Assembly (NCBI GenBank): GCA_902802805.1
Contig: CADCNE010000011.1
Span: 1-55,549, forward strand
Direction of reading: 5' to 3'
DNA: 55,549 nucleotides
Origin: an uncultured Eubacteriales bacterium
GTDB lineage: Bacteria; Bacillota; Clostridia; Christensenellales; CAG-138
Position 1 is the first letter of the stretch; every line of letters starts with the position of its first letter. A program made the position numbers and the translations under genes. The notes beneath the pieces were generated by a model. It was not told the DNA's origin. It saw nothing but the letters and a program-made list of their open reading frames with translations, and searched no databases. Of this stretch, positions 46,355 through 55,549 are shown one piece after another.

Positions 46355-49300
46355 ATGACATTTTTCAATATTGTCGCTCAAACAAGTGACAATACCGTTG
46401 TAACAGAATATGAACCCGTCAAAGCTCGCTCAGACAGCTACCAGAGCGAGGCGGATCTGGAGAAAGAATTCGTTCGCATGCTCACCGAACAGGGGTATGC
46501 GTACTTGCCGATCCATTCCGAGGCAGAGCTCGTCTCCAATTTAAGAGTGCAGTTGGAAAAGCTGAACGGCTATACCTTCTCCGACTCCGAGTGGGATCGT
46601 TTCTTCAAAAACAACGTTGCCAATCCCAATGAGCATATCGCGGAGAAGACGCAGAAGATCCAGGAGGATTATGTTCAGGTTCTCAAGCGGGACGACGGCA
46701 CTACGAAGAATATAACGCTGATCGACAAGAAGAACGTCCACAACAATTTCCTTCAAGTTATCAATCAGTATGAAGTGAGCCAGGCAGAAGGCGCCAATCA
46801 CGACAACCGGTACGACGTCACGATCCTGGTAAACGGCCTGCCGCTCATCCATGTGGAGCTGAAGAGAAGGGGCGTGCCCATCCGCGAAGCGTTCAACCAG
46901 ATCAACCGATATCAGCGGGATTCCTTCTGGGCTGGCTGCGGTTTGTTTGAGTATGTCCAGATCTTCGTGATCAGCAACGGCACCAATACCAAGTATTACA
47001 GCAACAGCACCCGCTGGAACGCCATCAAGGATGCCAAAGCACCCAAGACGAATAAACAGAAAACGTCTAACAGCTTTGAGTTCACGTCCTTCTGGGCTGA
47101 TTCCAATAACCGCGTGATTCCGGATCTGATCGACTTCACCCGAACCTTCTTCGCCAGGCACACGATCCTGAATATCCTGACGAAGTATTGTATCTTCACT
47201 TCGGAGAAGATGCTGCTTGTCATGCGTCCGTATCAGATCACGGCAACGGAGCGTATCCTGAACCGGATCGACATCGCCACCAACTACAAGAAGTACGGCA
47301 CCATTGCCGGCGGCGGATACATTTGGCATACAACCGGTTCCGGTAAAACGCTGACATCGTTCAAGACGGCTCGGCTTGCTTCCCGCCTGCCGTATATCGA
47401 CAAGGTTCTCTTCGTCGTCGATCGCAAGGATCTGGACTACCAGACGATGAAGGAGTACGATCGCTTCGAGAAGGGCGCTGCCAACAGCAATACTTCCACG
47501 AAGATACTGAAGAAGCAGCTTGAGGATCCGGAGTGCAAGATCATCATCACCACGGCGCAAAAGCTGTCGATCTTCATCGATAAAAATCCCGGGCATCCGG
47601 TGTATCAGAAACATATCGTCATCATCTTCGACGAATGTCATCGCGGACAATTCGGCGACATGCACGCCGCTGTCGTCAAGAATTTCAAGAAGTACCATAT
47701 CTTCGGGTTCACCGGTACGCCCATCTTCGCCGCCAATGCCGTGAGAGGTGCTGGCTCTCAGCTCATGACGACGACGCAGGTGTTTGGCGATCAGTTGCAC
47801 ACTTACACCATCGTCGATGCTATCAACGATAAGAACGTGCTGCCGTTCCGCGTGGATTATATCAAGACGATGGATTCCGATGACAGCATTGAAGACGAGC
47901 AGGTTTGGGACATCGATCGCGAAAAGGCGTTCATGGCACCTCAAAGGATCTCGCTCGTCACCCAGTACATCCTGGATCATTTTACGCAGAAAACATATCG
48001 CGGCAGCCGCTCCTATGATTTCAATGCGCTCACCAACATTGCGGATGTAGCGTCAGCGGATAGGGGAGTGGTAGAGGAGATCAAACAAAAGCAGCGGCTC
48101 AGCGGCTTCAACGCCATATTCTGCGTGGCCTCTGTGCCCATGGCGAAACTGTATTATGAAGAGTTCAAGAAGCAGATGGCAGTCGATCCCACCAAGAAGC
48201 TGCGTGTTGCTACGATCTTCAGCTATGCTGCGAACGAGGCTGAATCAGACGGCATCCTGGGAGAGGAAAACTCCGAGGACACTTCCGCTTTGGACAAGCC
48301 CTCCAGGGACTTCCTCGATGCGGCGATCAAAGATTATAACGACATGTTCCATACGAACTATTCGACGGACGGCGACAAGTTCCAGAATTACTACAAAGAC
48401 GTGTCCCTCCGCATGAAGAATAAGGAGCTGGATCTGCTCATCGTTGTAAATATGTTTCTGACTGGTTTCGACGCCACAACCCTCAATACGCTGTGGGTGG
48501 ATAAGAACCTGCGAATGCACGGGCTGATTCAGGCGTTCAGCCGCACGAATCGTATTCTGAACAGCATCAAAACGTTCGGCAACATCGTTTGCTTCCGCAA
48601 CCTTCAAAAGAAGGTGGATGAAGCCATAGCTCTGTTCGGTGACAAGGACGCGGGCGGCATTGTATTGCTGAAACGCTTTGACGATTATTATTACGGATAC
48701 GAAGATGCAGATGGAAAGAAGCATCCCGGCTATGTCAGCATGATTGAGGATCTTCAGACGAAGTTCCCACTGTCGGAGCCCCAGATAATAGGGGAGAAGG
48801 CCCAGAAGGAGTTTTTGAAGCTCTTTGGTGCCATCCTTCGTATGAGAAACCTGTTGTCTTCCTTCGACGAATTTGAGGGCAGAGGGATTCTTTCAGAACG
48901 TGATCTGCAAGACTATCTCAGCCGGTATCAGGATATGTGGCCTTTGCCAGTTCATACTGGAGACAAGGAAGATGTTTCGGATGACATCGTGTATGAGATC
49001 GAGCTCATCCGGCAGATCGATATCAACATCGATTATATCCTGCTGCTCGTCAAGAAGTACCATGACAGTCACTGCGACGATAAAGAGATTCTTATCACGA
49101 TCCAGAAGGCGGTGGATGCATCGCCCGAGCTGCGCAGCAAGAAGGAACTGATCGATACGTTCATCGCCGGCATCAACGACGTGGATGATGTGCTCACCGA
49201 ATGGAGAAGTTTCATAGCGGAGGAGAAGGAACGCCAGCTTACCCAGATCATTCAAGAAGAGAAACTAAATGAAGAAGCCACGCGGAAGTTCATAGCCGAT

Positions 49301-49456
49301 TCTCTGCGAAACGGTGAAGTGAAAACAACCGGCACGGACATCGACAAGCTCATGCCCCCGACGTCCCGTTTCGGCGGCGGCAACCGTGCAGCCAAGAAGC
49401 AGACGATCATCGAGAAGCTGAAAGCCTTCTTCGAACGGTTCTTCGGGATAGGATAA
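46355..49456 (+). CDS. hsdR: Type I RM restriction subunit
   Basis: RYDV..VELK..QINRY nuclease; HTTGSGKT, DECHR, FTGTP, MFLTGFDA, QAFSRTNR. Confidence 0.97.
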   Translation: MTFFNIVAQTSDNTVVTEYEPVKARSDSYQSEADLEKEFVRMLTEQGYAYLPIHSEAELVSNLRVQLEKLNGYTFSDSEWDRFFKNNVANPNEHIAEKTQKIQEDYVQVLKRDDGTTKNITLIDKKNVHNNFLQVINQYEVSQAEGANHDNRYDVTILVNGLPLIHVELKRRGVPIREAFNQINRYQRDSFWAGCGLFEYVQIFVISNGTNTKYYSNSTRWNAIKDAKAPKTNKQKTSNSFEFTSFWADSNNRVIPDLIDFTRTFFARHTILNILTKYCIFTSEKMLLVMRPYQITATERILNRIDIATNYKKYGTIAGGGYIWHTTGSGKTLTSFKTARLASRLPYIDKVLFVVDRKDLDYQTMKEYDRFEKGAANSNTSTKILKKQLEDPECKIIITTAQKLSIFIDKNPGHPVYQKHIVIIFDECHRGQFGDMHAAVVKNFKKYHIFGFTGTPIFAANAVRGAGSQLMTTTQVFGDQLHTYTIVDAINDKNVLPFRVDYIKTMDSDDSIEDEQVWDIDREKAFMAPQRISLVTQYILDHFTQKTYRGSRSYDFNALTNIADVASADRGVVEEIKQKQRLSGFNAIFCVASVPMAKLYYEEFKKQMAVDPTKKLRVATIFSYAANEAESDGILGEENSEDTSALDKPSRDFLDAAIKDYNDMFHTNYSTDGDKFQNYYKDVSLRMKNKELDLLIVVNMFLTGFDATTLNTLWVDKNLRMHGLIQAFSRTNRILNSIKTFGNIVCFRNLQKKVDEAIALFGDKDAGGIVLLKRFDDYYYGYEDADGKKHPGYVSMIEDLQTKFPLSEPQIIGEKAQKEFLKLFGAILRMRNLLSSFDEFEGRGILSERDLQDYLSRYQDMWPLPVHTGDKEDVSDDIVYEIELIRQIDINIDYILLLVKKYHDSHCDDKEILITIQKAVDASPELRSKKELIDTFIAGINDVDDVLTEWRSFIAEEKERQLTQIIQEEKLNEEATRKFIADSLRNGEVKTTGTDIDKLMPPTSRFGGGNRAAKKQTIIEKLKAFFERFFGIG

Positions 49457-49469
49457 ACAATGGAAACTT

Positions 49470-49491
49470 AAGAGGCCTTCGGGCCTCTTTT
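49470..49491 (+). terminator. Intrinsic terminator after hsdR
   Basis: aagaggcc-ttcg-ggcctctttt. Confidence 0.82.
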
Positions 49492-50016
49492 GCGTTGTAG
49501 AGTATCTTGAAAGTACAAGTTTGCAAATTTTATATGCGGCAAATCCGGAATCTGATCCTGGATTTGCCAACTTTTTGGCTTCAAAGCCTGTAAATGACTT
49601 GTAACAGCCACTCAATTAAGAAGTCTTCTGGCTTCTTTTTCGTTGTGTGCGTGCAAACGACTTGCTACCGCGAAACAGGTGATAATTGCAGTTACATAAT
49701 ATTTTGTGCAGAAAAAATAAAGGGGAAAAAAGAACGCAATAGCGTCATTTTTTGCCTGGAGGAATAGTTAAGGAATGGGGCTTGACACCCTGACTATTGA
49801 TCAAATATACCCTGACATATTTGACAAAAAATAACAGGTGCCCTATTATAGTTTTCAGAGGTGAATAGGACGGAATTTTGATAGTAAATGCTGATCTTTT
49901 ATTGAGCGGAAAAACTTTAGTGGAATCTCTTTGTAACAGAAAAATAGGCTGATTTCAGTTACAAGCACCTTGAAAATTGGCTAAATACGGGGGTTTTTTG
50001 GAGCGGTGATGAATGG

Positions 50017-50056
50017 CTCTTAATCAGGGTGTCCAGGGTTCGAGTCCCTGAGGGGG
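50017..50056 (+). repeat. att core, right copy (tRNA-Lys 3' fragment)
   Basis: Identical to 40164-40203. Confidence 0.93.
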
Positions 50057-50277
50057 ACCCCCGTACACATATCATCCGCACCCCGCCCCAGCGTGGGCGC
50101 GTATTCTCGTCCCTGAAGAGGCTTTCCCTCTGCTTTCCTTAATATTTTTTCCAAAAACTATTAACAATTTATTTAAAAATACTTGCCAACGGCAGGGAAT
50201 GGTGTTAGAATACCTCTGATCCACAATATGTTGTGGTTTCCAGGCGCACCCGAAATCAAGATAGCGGAGGGATCGAT

Positions 50278-50838
50278 TTGCGGATCATTGCCGGTTCGGC
50301 CAGAGGGCGGAGCTTCGACGCGCCCCAGGGCAGGGATACCCGGCCCACGCTGGACCGGGTCAAGGAGGCCATCTTCGGCAGCATCCAGTTTCAGGTGCCC
50401 GGGGCCACGGTCCTGGATCTCTTCTCCGGGTCCGGCAACATGGGTCTGGAGGCCCTGTCACGAGGCGCTGCGGAGGCCATCTGTGTGGACGCTTCCCCCG
50501 CATGTGCCGCGTTGATCCGAAAAAACGGCGAAAAGCTGGGCCTTGCCCAAGGGCTGCGGGTGCTGAACGCCGATTATCGGGCAGCGCTTTCGTCCATGAT
50601 TTCTGAAGGGAAGCAGCTGGACCTGGTGTTCTTGGACCCGCCCTATGCCTCTGGCTTCGCGGCGGACGCGGTGGAGATCATCTTCCGGGAAGGGCTTCTC
50701 AGGCCCGGCGGCGCCCTCATCGTGGAGCATGCCTGGGATCAGCCGCCTAAGCTGGGGGAGGGACCCTGGCAGGTGTCGCGGGTGAAGCGGTACGGCGTCT
50801 GCGGCGTAACGACTTTGATTTGGAGGGAACGGCAATGA
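50278..50838 (+). CDS. rsmD: 16S rRNA m2G966 methyltransferase
   Basis: RIIAG, TRPTLDRVKEAIF, LDLFSGSG, EALSRGA, DPPY; TTG start after ggagg. Confidence 0.95.
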   Translation: MRIIAGSARGRSFDAPQGRDTRPTLDRVKEAIFGSIQFQVPGATVLDLFSGSGNMGLEALSRGAAEAICVDASPACAALIRKNGEKLGLAQGLRVLNADYRAALSSMISEGKQLDLVFLDPPYASGFAADAVEIIFREGLLRPGGALIVEHAWDQPPKLGEGPWQVSRVKRYGVCGVTTLIWRERQ

Positions 50839-51323
50839 CCGTTGGCGTGTATCCGGGGAGCTTTGATCCCTTCACGGTGGGGCATCTCGATGTGCTCACC
50901 AGCGCGGCGGGTCTGTTCGACCTCGTGTACGTGGCCGTGCTCCACAACGTGGACAAGCGCCCCACCTTCACGGTCCAGGAGCGCATGGACATGATCGAGA
51001 ACGTGCTCAGGGCCGAAGGCCTGAAAAACGTCCGTTGCGGCACCTTCGATGGGCTGCTGGTGGAGTACGTCAGATCCGTGAACGCCACGCACATCGTACG
51101 TGGGCTTCGGGCCACGTCTGACTTTGAATATGAGTTCCAGATCGACGCCGTGAACCGTCATCTGGATAACTCCTTGAGAACGGTGTATTTTATGGCTTCC
51201 CCCGGCCACTCCTTCCTGAGCTCCAGCAACGTGAAGGAGATCGGCCTCTGGGGCGGCAGCATCCGGGGACTGGTTCCCCCTGTAAATGAAGATATCATTC
51301 GTGAAAGGTTGGCAAGAAAATGA
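50835..51323 (+). CDS. coaD: Phosphopantetheine adenylyltransferase
   Basis: YPGSFDPFTVGH, VRGLRA..DFEYE, SSSNVKE. Confidence 0.96.
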   Translation: MTVGVYPGSFDPFTVGHLDVLTSAAGLFDLVYVAVLHNVDKRPTFTVQERMDMIENVLRAEGLKNVRCGTFDGLLVEYVRSVNATHIVRGLRATSDFEYEFQIDAVNRHLDNSLRTVYFMASPGHSFLSSSNVKEIGLWGGSIRGLVPPVNEDIIRERLARK

Positions 51324-52249
51324 GCAGCGCGCAGACGATGAAGATCTACAGCATCATATCCCGCATCGAGCAGGTATTGAACGACAGCCCCAAGTATAAG
51401 CTGGGCGGCGGCAACAAGAAGATCGTGGAGGTCGAGGAGCTCTTCGACCTGCTGGGCGATCTTAAGGTCACCATCCCGGAGGATATCCGTCGGGCCAGCG
51501 GCATCATCGCCGAAGAGACGAACATCCTGGGTGACGCCAACGAGCAGGCGGAGGAGACCATCAGCAAGGCCAAGGCCGACGCCGAGGATCTGATGCGTCA
51601 GGCTCAGGAAGCGGCGGAGAAGGTCTACAATCAGTCCGTGCAGGAGTACGAGGCGCTGGTATCGGAGGAATCCGTATACCAGGAGGCCGTGGCCCGCGCC
51701 AAGCAGATGCAGCAGGAAGCCATGGACAACGCCAACGCCATCACCAACGGCTCCCGTCAGTATGCGGACGACATGCTGGCCGATGTGCAGCGGTATCTCA
51801 ACGACTACATCAAGATGCTCAACACCAACCGGGAGGAGCTGAACGTTCAGGCCGTGCCGGAGTACGAGGAGAAGGATGTGGAGCAGGCCGTTTCCGAGGA
51901 GAGGGCCATGGAGGAGCGTCACACCGTCACAGCAGCCGCGGCAGAGCCCGAGGCCGAGGAGCCGGAGGAGCCGGCTCGCCCCGCCCGCAAGGAGCCCAAG
52001 AAGGCCTCCAAGCCCGCCGCACCCGCCTATGACGACGAGGAGGACGATGAGCCCAGGAAGCCCAAGAAGAAGGGCTGGTTCAAGCGCATGCTGGAGGGCG
52101 ATGACGACGAGGACGAATTCGACAACGATGAGGTCTGGGGCGAGGACGAGGAGCCGGCCAAGGAGCCGAAGCCCAAGAAGAAGCGCCACAAGCTCTTTGA
52201 GATCGTGGAAGTCGACGACGACGAGGAAGAAGAGGAATACGAGGACTGA
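51320..52249 (+). CDS. Coiled-coil protein typical downstream of coaD, with long acidic tail
   Basis: IPEDIRRA..AE coiled coil, YADDML; Asp/Glu/Pro/Lys-rich C-terminus. Confidence 0.8.
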   Translation: MSSAQTMKIYSIISRIEQVLNDSPKYKLGGGNKKIVEVEELFDLLGDLKVTIPEDIRRASGIIAEETNILGDANEQAEETISKAKADAEDLMRQAQEAAEKVYNQSVQEYEALVSEESVYQEAVARAKQMQQEAMDNANAITNGSRQYADDMLADVQRYLNDYIKMLNTNREELNVQAVPEYEEKDVEQAVSEERAMEERHTVTAAAAEPEAEEPEEPARPARKEPKKASKPAAPAYDDEEDDEPRKPKKKGWFKRMLEGDDDEDEFDNDEVWGEDEEPAKEPKPKKKRHKLFEIVEVDDDEEEEEYED

Positions 52250-52257
52250 GACACCCG

Positions 52258-52284
52258 GGAGCGCCCACGCGGCGCTCCTGTTTT
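52258..52284 (+). terminator. Intrinsic terminator
   Basis: ggagcgcc-cacgc-ggcgctcc-tgtttt. Confidence 0.7.
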
Positions 52285-52325
52285 ATTGCTCTCCGCTGTC
52301 CCCATGGTACGACACCATAAATACT

Positions 52326-52359
52326 TGTCATCCAGAACCGCGCAGCGGTGAAGGATCTC
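52326..52359. repeat. Degenerate REP-like unit (tgtcatcc...gaaggatct)
   Basis: tgtcatccagaaccgcgcagcggtgaaggatctc resembles the gtcatcctgagc..gaaggatct extragenic repeat type as recalled from related genomes. Confidence 0.4.
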
Positions 52360-52560
52360 TGAACGTTCCCCCCTTGCCCTCGCGGCCGGTTTCTGTTATA
52401 CTATACGTGTATTATTTGTACGGAAGGGGCTTGAACGGCCATGCTGTATTACCCCGCGCACAGACGAATGAGCGACGATCCATCAAGACAAGTGTTTCCT
52501 GCGGCCTGAAACCGATGTTTCGAGCCGTTTTTTGTACTCTGTGGGAAAAAGGAGGATCAT

Positions 52561-55430
52561 ATGAGAAACGGTAAACGCATCCTGTCCCTGGCGCTGCTGG
52601 CGCTGCTGGTGGTGCTGCTGACGCCCGTCGCGGCCCACGCCGACCCGCCTCAGGACGGCTGTCCGGGGAGCGCTGCTGGAGGCCCCGTAACGACGACACA
52701 CAGCTGGGTGATCGATAGCGACACGGCCACCTGTACAAAGGATGGAAAGCGTGTCTGGAGATGCACGAAGTGCGGCAAGACCTACGGCGAAAAATCGCCG
52801 GCTCTTGGCCATGACTTCGGCAACGGCCGGGTCACCAGGGAGGCCACCTGCACCAAGGAGGGCGAAAAGACCTGGACCTGCTCCCGCTGCGGGGCGACGA
52901 AGACCGACACCTTCCCTGCCAAGGGCCATTCTCCGGTGAGCATCCCGGCGGTAGCCCCCACCTGCACGGAGACGGGCCTCACCGAGGGCAGCAAGTGCGA
53001 GACCTGCGGCGAGATCCTGACGCCCCAGGAGACCGTCCCTGCCCTGGGCCATGCCCCGGTCACCATCCCGGGGGTGGAGCCCACCTGCACGGAGACGGGC
53101 CTCACCGAAGGGGAGAAGTGCGACCGCTGCGGCGCGGTGCTGAAGGCACAGGAGACCGTCCCCGCCCTGGGCCACGCCCCTGTCACCATCCCCGGTTCGG
53201 ACCCCACCTGCGAGGCGGACGGATATACCGATGGGGAGACCTGCGACCGCTGCGGCTTCGTGTTGAAGGAGCGGGAGGTCCTGCCCGCCATCGGCCATGA
53301 GTGGGACGAGGGCGCGGTCACCACGGAGCCCAGCGGCTTCACCCCGGGCGTCCGGACCTTCACCTGCCAGCACGACCCCAGCCACACCCGCACGGAAGAG
53401 ATCGACCCGGCCCCCTGGCTCTTTGCCACGTTCACCGGCTCGATCCCCGATTTCACCACCTTTGAAGCGGCCACCCATGATTTGACGCCCCTTACCATCA
53501 CGGAGCATCCCCAGGATGGCGCCGTCACCCGCCACGGCGGCGACAGCCTCACCCTCCATGTGGCGGCCACCGGCGGCACGGGGGACTATACCTATGAGTG
53601 GAAATACAGACCCACCTACAACTCGACCATAGGAAACATTATCAGCTGGACGTTTCTTCATACCTCCGGAAAGCAGACAGAGCCGGTCTTTGAAGCCTAC
53701 GACGGCAACATGCGGTACTGGTGCGTGGTCACCGACTCTGCCGGCAACACCGCCCAGTCGGAGACGGCTATCGTTAGCTATAAGCTGGGCATTGCCAAGC
53801 AACCCGACAACGCCAAGACAACGCCAATCTGCAGCCCACCGGGAAGGCCACCCTCTCCTGCCTCGCGGAGGACGGCTCCGGCTCCTATTCCTACCGCTGG
53901 ATCGACAATCAGGCCAACGAGATCGACGTGGGTTCCTCCATCGACGTCACCGAGATCGGCGACTATATGTGCATCGCCACCGACGATCTGACCGGTGAAT
54001 CCGTGTCCTCCTACGCGTGTCAGGTCTATTCCATCGATCCGTTTCGGCTGGTGAACATCACTGAGAGCTGCGAGGTCTTGCCGGAGGAAGAAACGTTCGT
54101 GGTCGCCTCCTTTGCTGGTGGCGTGGAGGAGTATGAGATCTGGTGGGACAAGAACGGCACGGCCATCGACTCCGTGGAGGGCAGGGACGAGGTGGATCAC
54201 GTCTATTCTCTCGCGAACGTTGACGGGCCCGGGGTCTATACCGTCCACGGCGTGGACAGCATGTACGCCACCGCCTCGGGGACCGTCACCATTTCCGCCC
54301 CCAAGCTCACCATTGTGGCGCAGCCAAAGGGCGGCACCATACCGAAGGGCAGTTATACGACCATTCACGTGACCGTCTCTGATGGCGAAGCGCCGTATCG
54401 TTTTGTACTCTGTCGGAACGGAGAACACTATGTTGAGGTAACAGATGACCCCGCTTTCGCCACATTCGGTGTCTGGTATCCCGGCGAATACTATTTCCAC
54501 ATCGAGGACAGCAAGGGCCGCTCGGTCGATTCGAATGCGGTCACCTTCGAGAACGCCGTCTTCCGCATCAAGGACCAGACCGAATCGGCGTCCCTCGCAA
54601 AGCCCGGAGACACCGCGTCGCTGTTTGTGGAAGCCGAGGGCGGTATAGAGCCCTATACCTACCTTTGGTCATTGAAGATAGGCAACACCCGATACAAGGT
54701 GGCAGAAAGCAGAACCGTTACCGCCGACAAGCCCGGCGAATATCTGTGCCGTGTGGTGGACACCGATGGGGAGATGATTCACAGCAAGACGATCCTGGTC
54801 GGCTACACCGGCGATACACCGATCATCACCAAGCAGCCCGTTGGAGGTAATCTTGTGTATGGCGGTTCGGTCTATCTTTCCTGTGCTGCCGTTTCCGGCT
54901 CCGGAGGTGAACTGCGCTATGAGTGGGAGAGGAGCACGACCGAGGCAGGTATGAGACCCAGCTGGGGCAAAGCTTCTCGCAGCGGAGGATCGACCTGGTA
55001 TATGGAAGCGTCTGCGGCGGGCGCATACCACTGCAGGGTCACCGATACCAAGACGGGCAAGTATACATTTACCCAGACGGTGTTCGTGACGAGAGAACTG
55101 TCAGCCACGGCAGAGGGACACACATACAGTTTGCAGCCTAGCGAATATTTTTACACGCTCCACATTCAGGGCGGCACAGCCCCCTATACCGTAAAAGTCT
55201 ACCTGATAACGGAACGCTCCGAATTCAATCCGAAGACAATTCTATGGCGTACGCATACGGTTGCCACAGATGAGGAAGCGCTAAATTTCGCAGAACAGAT
55301 ACCGAGATATTGGAATTATTCATATTACTATGCGCCGGATAACGAATGGATAAGGACTTTTGAGAGCACAAAAGCATTTGCCATCATTACGGACGCCGAG
55401 GGCAAAACCACAAGGGTAGATATACGGTAA
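52561..55430 (+). pseudogene. Secreted/surface protein with Cys/His repeats and Ig-like domains, split by an 11-bp duplication
   Basis: Signal peptide; PTCTETG..CxxCG..ALGH repeats; ITxQP/YxYxW/YxCxVxD Ig-like motifs; gacaacgccaa x2 at 53806-53827. Confidence 0.85.
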
Positions 55431-55492
55431 CGAATTCTTCCAGTAATGATTTGTAAATCCTGCATGAACCATCATCCGAAAGGAGTATTGAT

Positions 55493-55549
55493 ATGAAAAA
55501 GCTGTGTATGATCCTGCTGGCGGCCCTGCTGCTGCTCTCGGCGGCCTGC
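55493..55549 (+). CDS. Start of an exported protein, possibly a lipoprotein (truncated by window end)
   Basis: RBS aaggag; MKKLCMILLAALLLLSAAC signal peptide. Confidence 0.65.
   Translation, partial: MKKLCMILLAALLLLSAAC

Larger units (their letters stand above)
40164..50056. mobile_element. tRNA-Lys-integrated genomic island (~9.85 kb) carrying a Type I RM system
   Basis: 40-bp direct repeat at both ends, integrase next to the tRNA, visibly more AT-rich than flanks. Confidence 0.93.

Overview
High-GC chromosomal segment from a Clostridia-like Firmicute (inferred from gene content and order). The core genes are rapZ-whiA-methyltransferase-hslO-TPR-rRNA methylase; a spoIIIA operon followed by asp23-amaP-DUF2273-nusB-tsaD-like-xseAB-ispA-dxs-tlyA-nadK-argR-recN; queA and tgt-tsaE-tsaB-rimI; a tRNA-Ser gene plus a cluster of eight tRNA genes; and rsmD-coaD. 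Two accessory blocks stand out. (1) A four-gene cyclic-nucleotide module lies between the normally adjacent queA and tgt. It encodes a sensor-less class III nucleotidyl cyclase with the guanylyl-cyclase-type Glu at the base-selecting site, a metallo-beta-lactamase-fold putative phosphodiesterase, and, divergently, two stand-alone cNMP-binding proteins. This is a candidate complete cGMP-like make/break/sense circuit in a clostridial genome. (2) A ~9.85 kb island is integrated in tRNA-Lys(CTT), bounded by a 40-bp att direct repeat. It carries a tyrosine integrase, a solo HigA-like regulator and a Type IC restriction-modification operon with two inserted genes (a 72-aa Cys-rich protein and a GIY-YIG plus RAMA-like protein). 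Also seen are a nest of palindromes built from tRNA 3' ends beside tRNA-Ser, a structured insert in the spoIIIA operon, a candidate attenuator before tgt, and four genes broken by short non-homopolymer indels. All calls rest on motif recognition by eye; no searches were run.
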